In this document: positions 26,946-40,386 of the stretch, one piece after another
Position numbering within the stretch: position 1 is the first letter of the stretch
Layout: the number at the start of each line of letters is the position of its first letter
From: Octopus vulgaris
Lineage: Eukaryota
Length of the DNA stretch: 64,000 nt
NCBI GenBank assembly: GCA_951406725.2
Contig: OX597837.1
Span: 16,802,001 to 16,866,000, forward strand
Direction: 5' to 3'
Notes under the pieces: model-generated
What the model saw: only the letters and a program-made list of their open reading frames with translations
Databases searched by the model: none
Told to the model about the DNA's origin: nothing
Translations under genes and position numbers: made by a program

Positions 26946-29530
26946 CTTAGAATAACTTAGAAAGGTTTTGGCCAGTATTGACCCAGGCCATGTCAAACTT
27001 AATAGCACCACCTGGCGAAGTCTTTCAATTCAGGATTTGGGCACCGAGGCCCATTTGAGCAGAGAGTTATTGTTTGCGGAGACATATCCAGGTGTGGGTA
27101 GTTTGTCCGGGACTGTTTGAAGGAATTTGTCCAAAGACTTCTTGAATTTTGTGTGGTCAGTTTCTGTTTTGACGTGTCCTGGTGTAATGTTGAAGAGAGC
27201 GGGTCCAATTGAGGTGAAATAATTGTGCCATATTGTCGTTATGTGATGCGATTTAGATTTTTGTTGTGGACGGATGGCACGTGGTCCAAGCCTTGGATGT
27301 ATTTTGAAGGTGATGCCAACATCATTCGGACAGTGCTGATGGAATATTTTCCAATCATACAGATAATGTAGCGTTCACGGCGTCATTGGAGTGAATACAG
27401 TTTCAGCTTCTCTAGACTACCCCAGTAGTTAAGGTCTGACATGCCATCTATCTTTTTTGTGATTGACCTTTGGGGAGCTTCAATTCTCATAATATTTTGT
27501 TTTTTGTAGGGAGACCACAGTGGACAGCAGTATTCAAGGTGGGGTCGGGCAAAAGTGGAGAAGAGAAGGATAATAGTGTGGGAATCTCTCAACTGGAAGG
27601 TTCTGAGAATCCAGGAACACATTCTGCGGGCCATGTCAACTTTGCTGCTTATATGTGTAGCCCAGCTTATGTTGTTGTCCACTGTTACTCCCAAGTCTCT
27701 GATGTTGTTGGACGCCATGAGAATTTCTCCAGAAGGAAGGGAGTATGGGAGTTTCAGAGTGTCCTCCCTTCCAAAGTGGATCAGTTCAAATTTGTCTTCG
27801 TTTAGCAACATGTTGTTCTTTTCCGCCCATTGGACAACAGCCAGTAGGTCTGACTGAAGGCTTATTCGGTCATCCACGCCATTGATGACCTTCTGGAGCT
27901 TGGAATCATCAGCGAAGGTTCTGATGTTACTGTGTTTGATGGTGTCAGTAATATCATTTATGTAGATGATGAAGAGAAGTGGGCCCAACACAGTGCCTTG
28001 TGGGACACCACTGCTGACTTTGGCTGGGCTGGATTTGACTCCTTCGACTACAACATGTTGGGTTCTGTTAGACAGGAAGCACTTGATCCACTGCAGCAGC
28101 TTTCCAGTGACACCAATATTGGACAGCTTTCTCAAAAGGATCTTATGATCAACCCTGTCAAAGGCCTTGCTGAAATCAAGGCAAATGACATCAGTGTTGG
28201 AACCCTCTCCCAAGGCTCTCAAAATGTCATCAAAATGATGCAGTAGCTGCGTCAGGCAATCTCTTCCATTACGGAATCCATGCTGGTTGGAGTTCAGCAT
28301 ATTATGAATCTCAAGGAAGTGAGTCATACGCGATCTCAGCACTCTCTCAAATACCTTAATGATATGAGAGGTGAGTGAGACTGGACAGTAATTCACGGCA
28401 AGCGATTTGTTTCCTTTTTTTGAAAACTGGGACAACAGACTGGGATAGAAGGTCTTCTGGTACATATCCAGCATCCAGTGAGTTCCGCCACAGATTGGCT
28501 AGAGGGGGTGCAAGTTGGTTTTGACACATCTTCAAGACACAAGCAGGGAACCTATCGGGACCTACTGCTGAATTATGCTTCATTTCCTTTATTGCTGCTA
28601 AGACATCAGGAGCGCCAAAGGTTATGTCCAATAAAGTGTATTGGGGAGTAACATCACTGATACAGCCCAGATCAGTCATATCAGGATTGCTGAAAATATA
28701 GCAATATTGTTTCTGCAATATCTCTCCCATGGTTTTGGCATTGTCTTGAAGAGTACCATTTTCATCAATCAGAGGGCCAACAGTAGAACCAGTGACTGTG
28801 TTTTTTTTGCAAATGAAAAGAACACTTTGGGATTGAGTTTGATCTTTTCAATGGCCCAGGCCTCTTCAGCTCTTCGCTGACTATTGATGATAGACATCAT
28901 GTTGTTTTGGAGTTTATGTTTTTTAATCTCTAGCGACGAGATGGCAGTCAGGTTGGTGTGTTGCTGTTGACAGTATTTCAGCTTGTTGATTTTTTTGTTA
29001 ATTCTTTTAATTTTCCTGATTAGAGATTTTCTATTTCTAGGGATTTGACACTTAGATTTGTTTGCAGATCTTCATGGGGTGTGTTTTGCACATATGTTCG
29101 TAATGGTGTCTACAAATGACTGCCAGGACTTTTTGATGTTAGTGGGTGTGTATGTGTGCGTGAAGGACCAATCGACTTGTGCAAGATCATTATTGATCGC
29201 TTCCCAGTTTGCATTGTGGAAATCCATAGTGTCAAATGGATGAACAGGAGGGATGACATTTGTTTTGCATTTTGGCCAGTGAAATCTCAGATCACAGAGA
29301 ACCATGTCATGATCAGAGAGTAGGATTTTCTCCACTGCAATATTGTGGATAGTATCAGTGTGATTGCTGAAAATTAAGTCTAAGACGTTTTTATAACATC
29401 TCGTTGGTTCGAGCACCACTTGGGACAGGAAGAAATCATCCATGAAGTCAAGAAGCAATTCCACTGCCTCCCTGTCAGGGGTTGAGAGAGAAGAACCTGG
29501 CGGCAGACTGTTTGTAGACCAGTCAACCCC
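26943..29530 (-). mobile_element. 5'-truncated CR1-like LINE (end of APE, RT)
   Basis: LDLIF..LSDH, PVSLTS, QHGFR, DFSKAFDRVDH, GVPQGTVLGPLLF, FADDSK; repeated tail ctaagttatt; inserted in (TA)n. Confidence 0.92.
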
Positions 29531-29581
29531 ATATATGTATATGTATATATGTATGTATATGTATGTATATATATATATGTA

Positions 29582-29635
<54 letters not shown>

Positions 29636-29664
29636 TATATGTATATATATATGTATATATATAC

Positions 29665-29935
29665 ATCATCATTGTTTAACATCCGCTAACCATGCTAGCA
29701 TGGGTTAGACGGTTCAACTGGGGTCTGGGAAGCCAGGAGGCTGCACCAGGCCCAGTCTGATCTGACAGTGTTTCTACAGCTGGATGCCCTTCCTAACGCC
29801 AACCACTCCGTGAGTGTAGTGGGTGCTCTTTACATGCCACCGGCACAGGTGCCAGGTGAGGCTGGCAACGGCCACAATCAGTTGGTGCTTTTTACGGGCC
29901 ACCGGCACGGAGGCCAGTCAAGGCGGAGCTGGCAA
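29665..29935 (-). mobile_element. SINE 3' part with (GAT)n tail
   Basis: ggttggcgttaggaagggcatccagctgtagaaac..aacccatgctagcatgg..gatgatg; same family at 17655-17862 and inside each unit of the 48.9-57 kb array. Confidence 0.7.
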
Positions 29936-29944
29936 ATATATATA

Positions 29945-31625
29945 TCTCTTATTATAAAAGGCAGATTTTATCTGCCTCCCTTTGTAAGTTATAGAAATCT
30001 ACAATATAGGATTTCTTCAATTACAATTTACCTAGCATTTTTAAGAGTAGAATGCATCAGGTCATGCCAGGTCCAGTTTTTAAAATTTAAACTCCAATTA
30101 AGCAAAATTTACAGAAAACTCACATTCTGGTGTGTATGTCAAATGCTTTTCTTAATGTGGTTTACACCACACGCACATGCACACACACAGTGTGCAACGA
30201 ATAAAATGAAAGTAATTGGAAGATAGTAAATAGCGACAGAGTGATTTGAGGAAGACTAAACTGAAAGTATTTAAACCACTACTCAAAAAATAAAAAAACA
30301 CAGCAAACAGAAACAAATAAATACATAACGATTTACTCCTCACACAATTTCTTCAATTAGAGTTTACCTAAGATTTTTCAAAGTGCTCCATTCGGTCATA
30401 CCATAATATATTTCTTTCAATTTCACCCCCAATTAAGACAAAATTCGAGAAAACTCAATATTTTAACATTTCACTCCGAAAGCATTGATGTACATGTGTG
30501 CGTGCGTGAGTGTGTGTGTGTGTGTGTGTCTGTGTGTGTGTTTGATGGGTTGTGCGACACAGAAAGTGTGGTGTGTAAGTGAAGTGCTTTTGTTAGTGTG
30601 TGTAAAGAGACAGACAGAGTGAAAGACAGAAATAACTGAACTTTTTTTATTCACTTTTTGTAGTGAGTGACTGAGAGAGAAAAGAGAGAGAGAGGTTATG
30701 TATGTATATATGTATGTATGGCTTCAGTGACACACACACACAAAAACACATACCTACGTACACCTAAAGCACGCACGCACACACACACAAGCGGAGCGCG
30801 AACTTCAAAATTTTGGTAGTATTAATTTGCGAGCGTACTTCTAAGCGCGCGTAATTGAAAGTTTTCACTATGATATCATCACGTGCGAAAAAATTCGAAG
30901 GGTTTTGAACAATTGAGATACGGATGTCACGCCTGTATTGAAACCATTGCTAAGCTGCCGTAATTGCTTAATTAAGACTTTGTTTAAATTGAAAGGGGCA
31001 AATATGTGACGAGGTTGAAAAAAAATACCCAGAAAAAAAATGTACTGCTGGTATTTATATAATTCACTACTATTTTGCTACAATGTCATGAAAAAGAAAA
31101 AATTTAGGTATGTAAATCGAATTCGCCACCACCTTTTCCCCGTTCGCGTTTGTGTAAAAAAAATTATTATTTAAGTTTTAAAAATTATTTACTTTGTTCA
31201 AAAAATATTAATATTAATTAATTTTCAAGAATTATTTAATTTTATTCTGTAAAATAGTAATTAATTCATTTATCTGTAAATCCGCGAGGTTGTTACTCAG
31301 GCACCTAGAATGGTAACCTTCAACTAACACTATCTCCTCCGAGACCCTGCGGCGCAAGTTGACCAAAATTGAGAGTATGGTAGAAGAAGGGTTGCTCTTC
31401 CTTCCGTAGAACATAAAATTCAAATCGGACCATGTTAACACAAAAAATTATTTACATCAAAAAGATGCTTTTTTCTATGAAAATCCCTATTTTTTACGAT
31501 TTTTTCACTGCTGTGTCGCCACTTTTCGGTGTATTTCGACCAGAAAAATGTTCACAAAATTTTTACTTTTCAAAATTACAATTCCAGCGGGTCGAAACAA
31601 ACCCGAGCAACGCCGGGCGATACTG

Positions 31626-31629
<4 letters not shown>
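29945..31629 (+). mobile_element. Non-autonomous Helitron, possible parent of the composites
   Basis: 5' TCtcttattataaaaggcag; 3' cccgagcaacgccggg-cgatactgCTAT (CTAG mutated); sits in (TA)n. Confidence 0.8.
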
Positions 31630-31680
<51 letters not shown>

Positions 31681-31904
31681 GGCATCCTTTTTGTCTCGGG
31701 AGACAATGGAATTGCACATAGAATAATCTAGTCTGGCTTTTACATTTCATATACATATTCATATATATCTCTTTTTGTATAATGCCTCTACTCATATGTA
31801 ATGGTGTATTAAAGTATTGATTGGGTATCATCGGATAGTTGATGTTTTATTGATTTAAGTATGTTTCTCCATTCTCTAATTTTGTAGTATACATATACAT
31901 ATAT

Positions 31905-32317
31905 ACTCTTTACTCTTTTACTCTTTTACTTGTTTCAGTCATTTGACTGCGGCCATGCTGGAGCACCGCCTTTAGTCGAGCAAATCGACCCCAGGACTTA
32001 TTCTTTGTACGCCCAGTACTTATTCTATCGGTCTCTTTTGCCGAACCGCTAAGTGACAGGGACGTAAACACACCACCATTGGTTGTCAAGCAATACTAGG
32101 GGGACAAACACAGACACACAAACATATACACACACTTATATATATACATATATACGACAGGCTTCTTTCAGTTTCCGTCTACCAAATCCACTCACAAGGC
32201 ATTGGTCGGCCCGGGGCTATAGCAGAAGACACTTGCCCAAGATGCCATGCAGTGGGACTGAACCCGGAACCATGTGGTTGGTTAGCAAGCTACTTACCAC
32301 ACAGCCACTCCTGCGCC
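31905..32317 (-). mobile_element. Full-length tRNA-derived SINE
   Basis: Head aggagtggctgtgtggtaag..ggttcagtccc, core ggcaagtgtcttct, tail (gagtaaaa)n; relatives at 48305-48675 and 57611-57998 plus several partial copies. Confidence 0.85.
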
Positions 32318-32370
<53 letters not shown>

Positions 32371-32373
<3 letters not shown>

Positions 32374-33459
32374 TATTATAAAAGGCAGATTTTATCTGCC
32401 TCCCTTTGGGAGTTATACAAATCTACAATATAGGATTTCTTCAATTACAATTTACCTTGCATTTTTAAGAGTACAATGCATCGCGTCATGCCAGGTCCAG
32501 TTTTTAAAATTTAAACTCCAATTAAGCAAAATTTACAGAAAACTCACATTCTGGTGTGTGTGTCAAATGCTTTTCTTAGTCTGGTTTACACCACACGCAA
32601 ACGCACACACACAGTGGGCAACGAATAAAATGAAAGTAATTCACTTACTGTAGTGAGTGATTCTTTCACTCTGCCTCCCACTTCCTCTTTCCACACGCAA
32701 ATATATTAATAAAATTGTAAGCTAACGTGCGTGTGTGTGAGTGTGTGTGTGTGGGTGTGCGCGTGTGTGTGTGTGTGAGGGTTCGCGTGTGTGTGTGTGT
32801 GTGCGTGTGCGTGAGTGTGTGACAGGAAAGTTTTTACGACGAATATAACACCTATATCCAAGTAGCAGAAAGATAAGACAGTAAGGTGTGATTTGAGGGA
32901 GATTTGGCTGCTATTTCTACCATGTCTAGCTGCCATGTAGGGGTCTCCCTCATAGGCTCATAGATACATATATACATAGATAAGACAGTAAGGTGTGATT
33001 TGGGGGAAATTTGGCTGCTATTTCTACCAGGTTTAGCTACCATGTAGAGGTCCCCCTCATTGGCTCATATATATATACATACATAAGACAGTAAGGTGTG
33101 ATTTGAGGGAGATTTGGCTGCTGTTTCTACCAGGTCTGTTAGGCCTTCTCATGTAAACTCAAGCTTTCTCATGCCTTCAACATAAGACCAAAGCAGAGAA
33201 TGTATTCTTTTATTCTTCTGCTTTTTCCAGCCATTGGTCTGTGGCCATGCTGGGGCAATGCCTTGAAGAATTGTAGTTTAATGAATCAACTCCAGTTTTA
33301 TTTTTGTAAGCATTGTACTTATTCTATCTGTTTCCTTTGTCAAACCACTAGGTGACAGGGATGTAAACAAACCAACATTCGTTGTCAAGCAGTGGTGGAG
33401 GACAATCACAAGCACAGACACGCACACACACACACATACATGCATACACATATACACAC

Positions 33460-33490
<31 letters not shown>

Positions 33491-34313
33491 TATGTGTGTA
33501 TATATATATTGCAGCGTGGAAGGGGTTTGTAAGCCATTTTAGAAACACACAAAAACCGTTACATTCACTTCAACATTTAAATTTAATTTGCCAAAATATT
33601 TTCGTCGCTTTGAGACCGCGACCTGTTCACTGACAAAAATATCGTGCTAACAGGTCGCGGTCTCAAAGCGATGAAAATATTTTGACAAATTAAATTTAAA
33701 TGTTGAAGTGAATCTAACGGTTTTTGTGTGTTTCTTAAATGGCTTATAAACACCTTCAACGCTGCAACTGTTTTCGTTCCAGCACACGATCTCAGATCAA
33801 GTCACTTGCTATGCAAGTACATCTCTGTAACTATATATATATTTTATATATATATATATATATGTATATTGGTAAAAACAGTAAGATAACAAAAGAAATA
33901 TTATGTAAATAGAGGAAATCTTTATATATAAGAGTGAGGTTGTGTGTCTGTCTCCTACGATTTAGATTCCTAACTACTCCCACATTTTGCGGTGCAGTTT
34001 AACCAAAACCGGGTATCTTATAGTCGTGATTCATATCGAGACCGTCTGGGTATTAGCGCGCGTCTACGATGAGTCTACGATTTAAAAAAAAATTTACCAT
34101 CAATTTTTCCCATTTTTAATCCATTTTTGACATATATAAGGGAAGTAACTCTCTAAAATTTATTATTAAATCTCAGAACGTAAAAAGCTACAGTAACACC
34201 CCTCCCCCTTTGTGGTTAGCCATATTGAGATGGCTATTATACTTTACATCTCTAAAAATGCTTATATAATTATTTCCCTTACAAACCCGAGCAACGCCGG
34301 GCGATACTGCTAG
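32371..34313 (+). mobile_element. Composite Helitron unit B'
   Basis: TC...hairpin-CTAG; inverted copy of 6593-8387. Confidence 0.85.
33587..33637 (-). ncRNA. Minimal hammerhead ribozyme motif, G3-C8 variant (intact copy)
   Basis: tttgtca-GTGAACA-g-gtcgc..gcgac-GAAA-ATAT-TT-tggcaaa; palindromic aaatattt in stem III; predicted UUU site. Confidence 0.6.
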
Positions 34314-34875
34314 TCTTATTATAAAAGGCAGATTTTATCTGCCTCCCTTTGGGAGTTATACAAATCTACAATATAGGATTTCTTCAATTACAATTTACCT
34401 AGCATTTTTAAGAGTACAATGCATCGCGTCATGCCAGGTCCAGTTTTTAAAATTTAAACTCCAATTAAGCAAAATTTACAGAAAACTCACATTCTGGTGT
34501 GTGTGTCAAATGCTTTTCTTAGTCTAGTTTACACCACACGCAAACGCACACACACAGTGGGCAACGAATAAAATGAAAGTAAATAGCGACAGAGTGATTT
34601 GAGGAAGACTAAACTGAAAGTATTCTGTCTATGACGCTGATAGATACATGAGTAAAATGTATGGGAAGCTAAGAGCTAAGAGTGAGTGAAAATGTTCTTG
34701 GAAGAGAGTAAATAGCGAGAGAGAGAGTGATAAGAGGAAGACTTTACATTAAATAACCGTAGTGGCTTGTGTTAGTAATAAAGTAAACATACATACATAC
34801 ATACATACATACATACATACATACATACACATACACATACATACACACACACATACATACACACACACACATACA

Positions 34876-34907
<32 letters not shown>

Positions 34908-35050
34908 CATACATACATACACACACACACATACACACACACAGTATTGAAGCTTGAGAACAATCAGATACATTTGCAACACATCTGTTGAAAATATTAT
35001 TGTTCACACACATACATATACATATATACATACAGACAGACAGACAGATA

Positions 35051-35086
<36 letters not shown>

Positions 35087-36157
35087 ATCCAGCATGGCCA
35101 CAACCTCAAGGCTGAAACATATAAAAGAATAACAGAATATAAATGTGTGCAAAGTACAAGAAATATTAATGCAGTATATGGGGATTGGACAATAAGCGTA
35201 AGGCAGTGTCAATGGTGGTTCCAGAAATCCCGAGCCATAAACTACAGCCTAGAAGACGAGCCTCATCCTGAAAGATCTGTAGAACTCGACAAGGACATCC
35301 TGAAAACCCTGGTGGAACAAAATCTCATCGTAACTGTTGAGGAACTAGCAGAGAAGCTTGGATTTGGTCATTCAACCATTCATTGACACCTGTGTGCTAT
35401 CGGAAAAGTCAGCAAATTGGGTCAATGGGTTCCTCACGAACTTTCCGAGTCTAATTGCATGCAGAGAGTGAATGTATGCTTTTCTTTGCTGTCACATCTC
35501 ACCACTACTGCGCTATGTATATCTATATATATAAAACTGTAGTTGTGTGAGTGTCTGTCCCCTTCGATTTAGATTCCTAACTACTCCCACATTTTGCGGT
35601 GCAGTTTAACCAAATTCGGGTAGCTTATAGTCGTGATTCATATCGAGCCCGTCTGAATATTAGCGCGCGTCTACGATGAGTCTACGATTTTAAAAATAAT
35701 TTAACATCATTTTTTATTCCATTTTAATGCATAATTTTTCGTGTGTCGATGGCGGCGGAGTTGGCGTCCACGCTCACACCTGCACCTGTGGGGAAGGGAG
35801 TGTAAGGAAATCAACGTCGTAATGCGTTGTCAAGGAGACCAATGTTCTTTTAGAACAACGACTTCATGGCTTGAAGACACCAAAACAGAAATGGCTAAGA
35901 AAGCGTCTACATGAGTCTACGATTTAAAAAAAATTTACCATCGTTTTTTTTCCATTTTAATGCATTTTTTCGCTATTATATAAGGGAAGTAACTCTCTAA
36001 AAATGTCTACGATGAGTCAACGATTTTAAAAAAAATTTACCATCATATTTTTTCCATTTTTAATGCATTTTTTGCTATTTTTGGGCTATAACTCTCTAAA
36101 AATGCTTATATAGTTATTTCCCTTACAAACCCGAGCAACGCCGGGCGATACTGCTAG
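34314..36157 (+). mobile_element. Composite Helitron unit A' (mariner fragment 35085-35515)
   Basis: CTAG|TC junctions at both ends; inverted copy of 8388-10679 without the internal duplication. Confidence 0.85.
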
Positions 36158-37719
36158 TCTTATTATAAAAGGCAGATTTTATCTGCCTCCCTTTGGGAGT
36201 TATACAAATCTACAATATAGGATTTCTTCAATTACAATTTACCTAGCATTTTTAAGAGTAGAATGCATCGCGTCATGCCAGGTCCAGTTTTTCAAATTTA
36301 AACTCCAATTAAGCAAAATTTACAGAAAACTCACATTCTGGTGTGTGTGTCAAATGCTTTTCTTAGTCTGGTTTACACCACACGCAAACGCACACACACA
36401 GTGTGCGACGAATAAAATGAAAGTAAATAGCGACAGAGTGATTTGAGGAAGACTAAACTGAAAGTATTTAAACCACTACTCAAAAAATAAAAAAACACAG
36501 CAAACAGAAACAAATAAATACATAACCATTTACTCCTCACACAATTTCTTCAATTAGAATTTACCTAAGATTTTTCAGAGTACTTCAGTGGGTGATGCCA
36601 TAAAAAATTTCTTTCAATTTTACCACCAATTAAGACAAAATTCGAGAAAACTCAATATTTTAACATATCACTCCGAAAGCATTGATGTACATGTGTGCGT
36701 GCGTGAGTGTGTGTGTGTCATTCCTCACACACACGCATACACATACATATACAACTACATACAACTACATACACATACAACTACATACAAACACGTGTGT
36801 GTTTGTTATTAGTAAAAAAGGCGCCAAAACTCAACTCACTTATCATTCCAACACATTTGCAAAGACACACGGACGGACAGAAAAGGTAAATTGGTTTTTA
36901 TTTTACTCTGTATATATTTTATTATATAATATTATATATAGATATATGTATATATAATTGCAGTATGAAACAGTGTTTATGTATAAACAGACGACACTTA
37001 TATATAGTTACCAAGCCGCCCGAATTTACCTATTCATATTTAAATGAGAATATCAGAGCAAATCTCTTTAGTACATTCGTGAAAACACGTATTATACTTC
37101 GTAAACACTTCAACTACAGTTTTGTACAAAAATCGAAGTGTAATTTTAATTCCGTGAATTATGGGAGATTTTTTTCCGAAATTTGTTCCTATTGTGTTTT
37201 CAAAATTTGTAATTCTGACAAAAAATGGATACGAATTTCATTATATCAAGCAGCGAGTCAGAATTCGAAGGATTTTCTACTGAAGACCTTCATAAATCTA
37301 ACTCTATGACTGAAAAAAAAAAGCATCTTTATATAAGAGTGAAGTTGTGTGTCTGTCTCCTACGATTTAGATTCCTAACTACTCCCACATTTTGCGGTGC
37401 AGTTTAACCAAAAGCGGGTATCTTATAGTCGTGATTCATATCGAGCCCTTCTGGATATTAGCGTGCGTCTACGATGAGTCTACGATTTAAAAAAAATTTA
37501 CCATCATATTTTTCCATTTTAATGCATTTTTTCGCTTTTATATAAGGGAAGTAACTCTCTAAAAATATCTACGATGTGTCAACGATTAAAAAAAAAATTT
37601 ACCTTAATTTTTTTTCAATTTTTAATGCATTTTTTTGCTATTTTTTGGCTATAACTCTCTATAAATGCTTATATAGTTATTTCCCTTACAAACCCGAGCA
37701 ACGCCGGGCGATACTGCTA

Positions 37720-37720
<1 letters not shown>
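36158..37720 (+). mobile_element. Composite Helitron unit C carrying a piggyBac 5' fragment
   Basis: 5' TCttattataaaagg; piggyBac piece ~37007-37324 (MDTNFIISSSESEFEGFSTEDL); terminal short Helitron 37325-37720 ending hairpin-CTAG. Confidence 0.8.
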
Positions 37721-37785
<65 letters not shown>

Positions 37786-38179
37786 GTATATGTATATTTG
37801 TATATATATATATATCCAGCAAAATTTAGATTCAGATGAATATGGTACTTAAGTTAAAGGCACCAGAATTTGGTATGGTATTATCCATATAAATCAAATG
37901 GGGTGATTATAATCAAAATAAGCAACAAGGATATCCAAGGTAGTGTAGTACAATCGTTTCATGCTACTTCATTTTATTAAACACTGTAAGTATTACATCA
38001 GTTTCAAAATGTCGAGCAATCTTCAACCACATATAGAATTTTTTTTAATTAAATGGACAATGTACATTTTTATACTTATTTCATTTGCCAACATTACGAA
38101 GAGGGTAGATATCTAGACAGTGAGGTTAATTTCATCATTAAGTACATGGTAGTAGAATGTCCTTCTCCATCTGTAGATT

Positions 38180-38708
38180 TTTTACACGCCGGGCGAAATG
38201 CTTGGCGGTATTTCGTCTAGCGCTACGTTCTGAGTTCAAATTCAGCCGAGGTCGACTTTGCCTTTCATCCTTTCGGGGTCGATTAAATAAGTACCAGTTA
38301 CGCACTGGGGTCAATATAATCGACTTAATCCGTTTGTCCTCACTGTGTCTAGCCCCTTGTGGATAATAAAGAAATAGGTATTTTGTTTCCCGGTACGTTC
38401 TGAGATCAAATTCCGCCGGGGTCGACTTTGCCTCTCATCCTTTCGGGGTCGATAAATTAAGTACCAGTTGTGCACTGGGGTCGATGTAATCGACTTGATC
38501 CGTTTGTCTGTCCTTGTTTGTACCCTCTGTGTTTAGCCCCTTGTGGGTAGTAAAGAAATAGGTACGTTCTGAGTTCAAATTCCGCCGAGGTCGACTTTGC
38601 CTTTCATCCTTTCGGGGTCGATTAAATAATTACCAGTTACGCACTGGGGTCGATGTAATCTTGTTTGTCCCCTCTATGTTTAGCCCCCTGTGGGCAATAA
38701 AGAAATAA
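38180..38708 (+). mobile_element. Tandem trimer of a tRNA-derived SINE
   Basis: acgttctgagttcaaattccgccgaggtcgactttgcctttcatcctttcggggtcg..taaagaaata repeated three times. Confidence 0.85.
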
Positions 38709-39565
38709 TTATAAAAGCCTTTATTAGATTAAAAATAACATCATCGAAACATGAAGATAAAACAAAGCAAATAGCGGCTTATACACCGGAAAATATTGTA
38801 ATTGTAGTGACAGTGACAAGTTCGCTCACTGGTTGCTAGTTGATGGTGTATAAGGGAGGGGAAGAGTAAGGAATGCACGGTGCTGACTAGAAAGGAAGGA
38901 GGGATAAAGGTGACGAATAGAATAGAGTGGGGACATTTAGTAGAGGTGATCCAGAAGTTGTTCCTCTTCGATTACTATCGCAAACAGCAGTAGCTTTCAT
39001 CAACCGAATACACGTCGTTGATTGGTTGAAATTACCTAAAAGTACGACAACACGAAATAACGTCTCAAATAGGAAATTTTGTCAAAAACGTTCAAAGTTA
39101 AACTGTGTTCAACGTGGGACATTACTTTCTCGAGTCTTAGGACTCATAGGACCGGCTACCCGGTTTCCATGGCATGTAAGTGACCGGGATTTCAACATTC
39201 TTTCTGAATGGGTCACAAGTCAATCGCAGGGTTACTCATTTACAGCTGAGTGGACGGGACCAACCTGAAATGAAGTGTTTTATTCAACCGTACAACATCC
39301 CGCCCGGTCCGAGAAAACAACCTATATTTTTTGATTCTGATTTCGCATACCTAAAATTGCAGGGAATTTTAACAAAGAAAACAATAAAGCCACTACTACC
39401 TCTACCAACAACGACAACAAAAACAATAACAATAACAGCGGCAACAATAGCAAGAACACATCTTTCGCCAGAATTACTCAAAAGCGATGGGTGGAATGCA
39501 CTTTCGACTGTGATTTAGGGAAAGATTTCAGAAGGTGCCTGATCTTTTACCAGCAAGCGAAAAAG

Positions 39566-39567
<2 letters not shown>

Positions 39568-39640
<73 letters not shown>

Positions 39641-39641
39641 C

Positions 39642-39672
<31 letters not shown>

Positions 39673-39722
39673 CTCTTTCTTTCTTTCTTTCTTTTTACTT
39701 TCCTTCTTTCTTTTTTCTTTCC

Positions 39723-39765
<43 letters not shown>

Positions 39766-39820
39766 TTTTTCTTTCTTTCTCTCTCTCTCACACACACACG
39801 AACATACACACACACAAGCA
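39568..39820. repeat. (CT)n(CTTT)n(CA)n microsatellite
   Basis: Read directly from the sequence. Confidence 0.95.
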
Positions 39821-40078
39821 CACACATACACCCCCCCCACAAAATTTGTGATCTATAGACATCTTAACAAGAAGACTAGAAGAAGTGAAAATTAGATCCC
39901 ACCACAGACTGAAAATTACCTGAAAGATGTCTGGGGTTCGATTTGGCACGTATGGAGCTTGGATCTCCTGTAGCAATATACCATAGCGAGAAGAAGGCAA
40001 AGACGATGACTTTACGCACATTCTCCACATAAGAACATATTTTAATTCCATCCTATCCAGGGAGAAAAGTGAAGAAAG

Positions 40079-40373
40079 TGTAGTGGGTGTGTGCGATTTG
40101 AATATAGAGGCACCTACCTTCTCTTCGTGGTGACGGAGATCCTCCAGAGATGGCTGCTCCTTCCTCACAGCCCTACCCGAACACTAACAATAGCAGCTGC
40201 TAGCCCCAAACCCTTTAGCGACTTGCTCGCACGTCTTGTCGCCAGCACGACCCACGTTGGAAAGGTCAATTTCCGCCCCCTGCGCGCGCTTGACGACTGA
40301 CCCCTTCCGCTTGCCCCAGCTTCCGGTCAACGCACCCCGCTGGCTGACGTCCGGCTGCTGACGTCATCCCACA
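40079..40373 (-). repeat. 3' LTR
   Basis: Four substitutions against the 5' LTR by manual comparison; preceded on the minus strand by a weak PPT aagatcagggtggcg. Confidence 0.97.
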
Positions 40374-40386
40374 CGCCACCCTGATC

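Noticed and set aside
37945-38005. CTGATG..GAAACGATTGTA hammerhead-like motif
   Set aside because: A9 is missing and no stem I forms.
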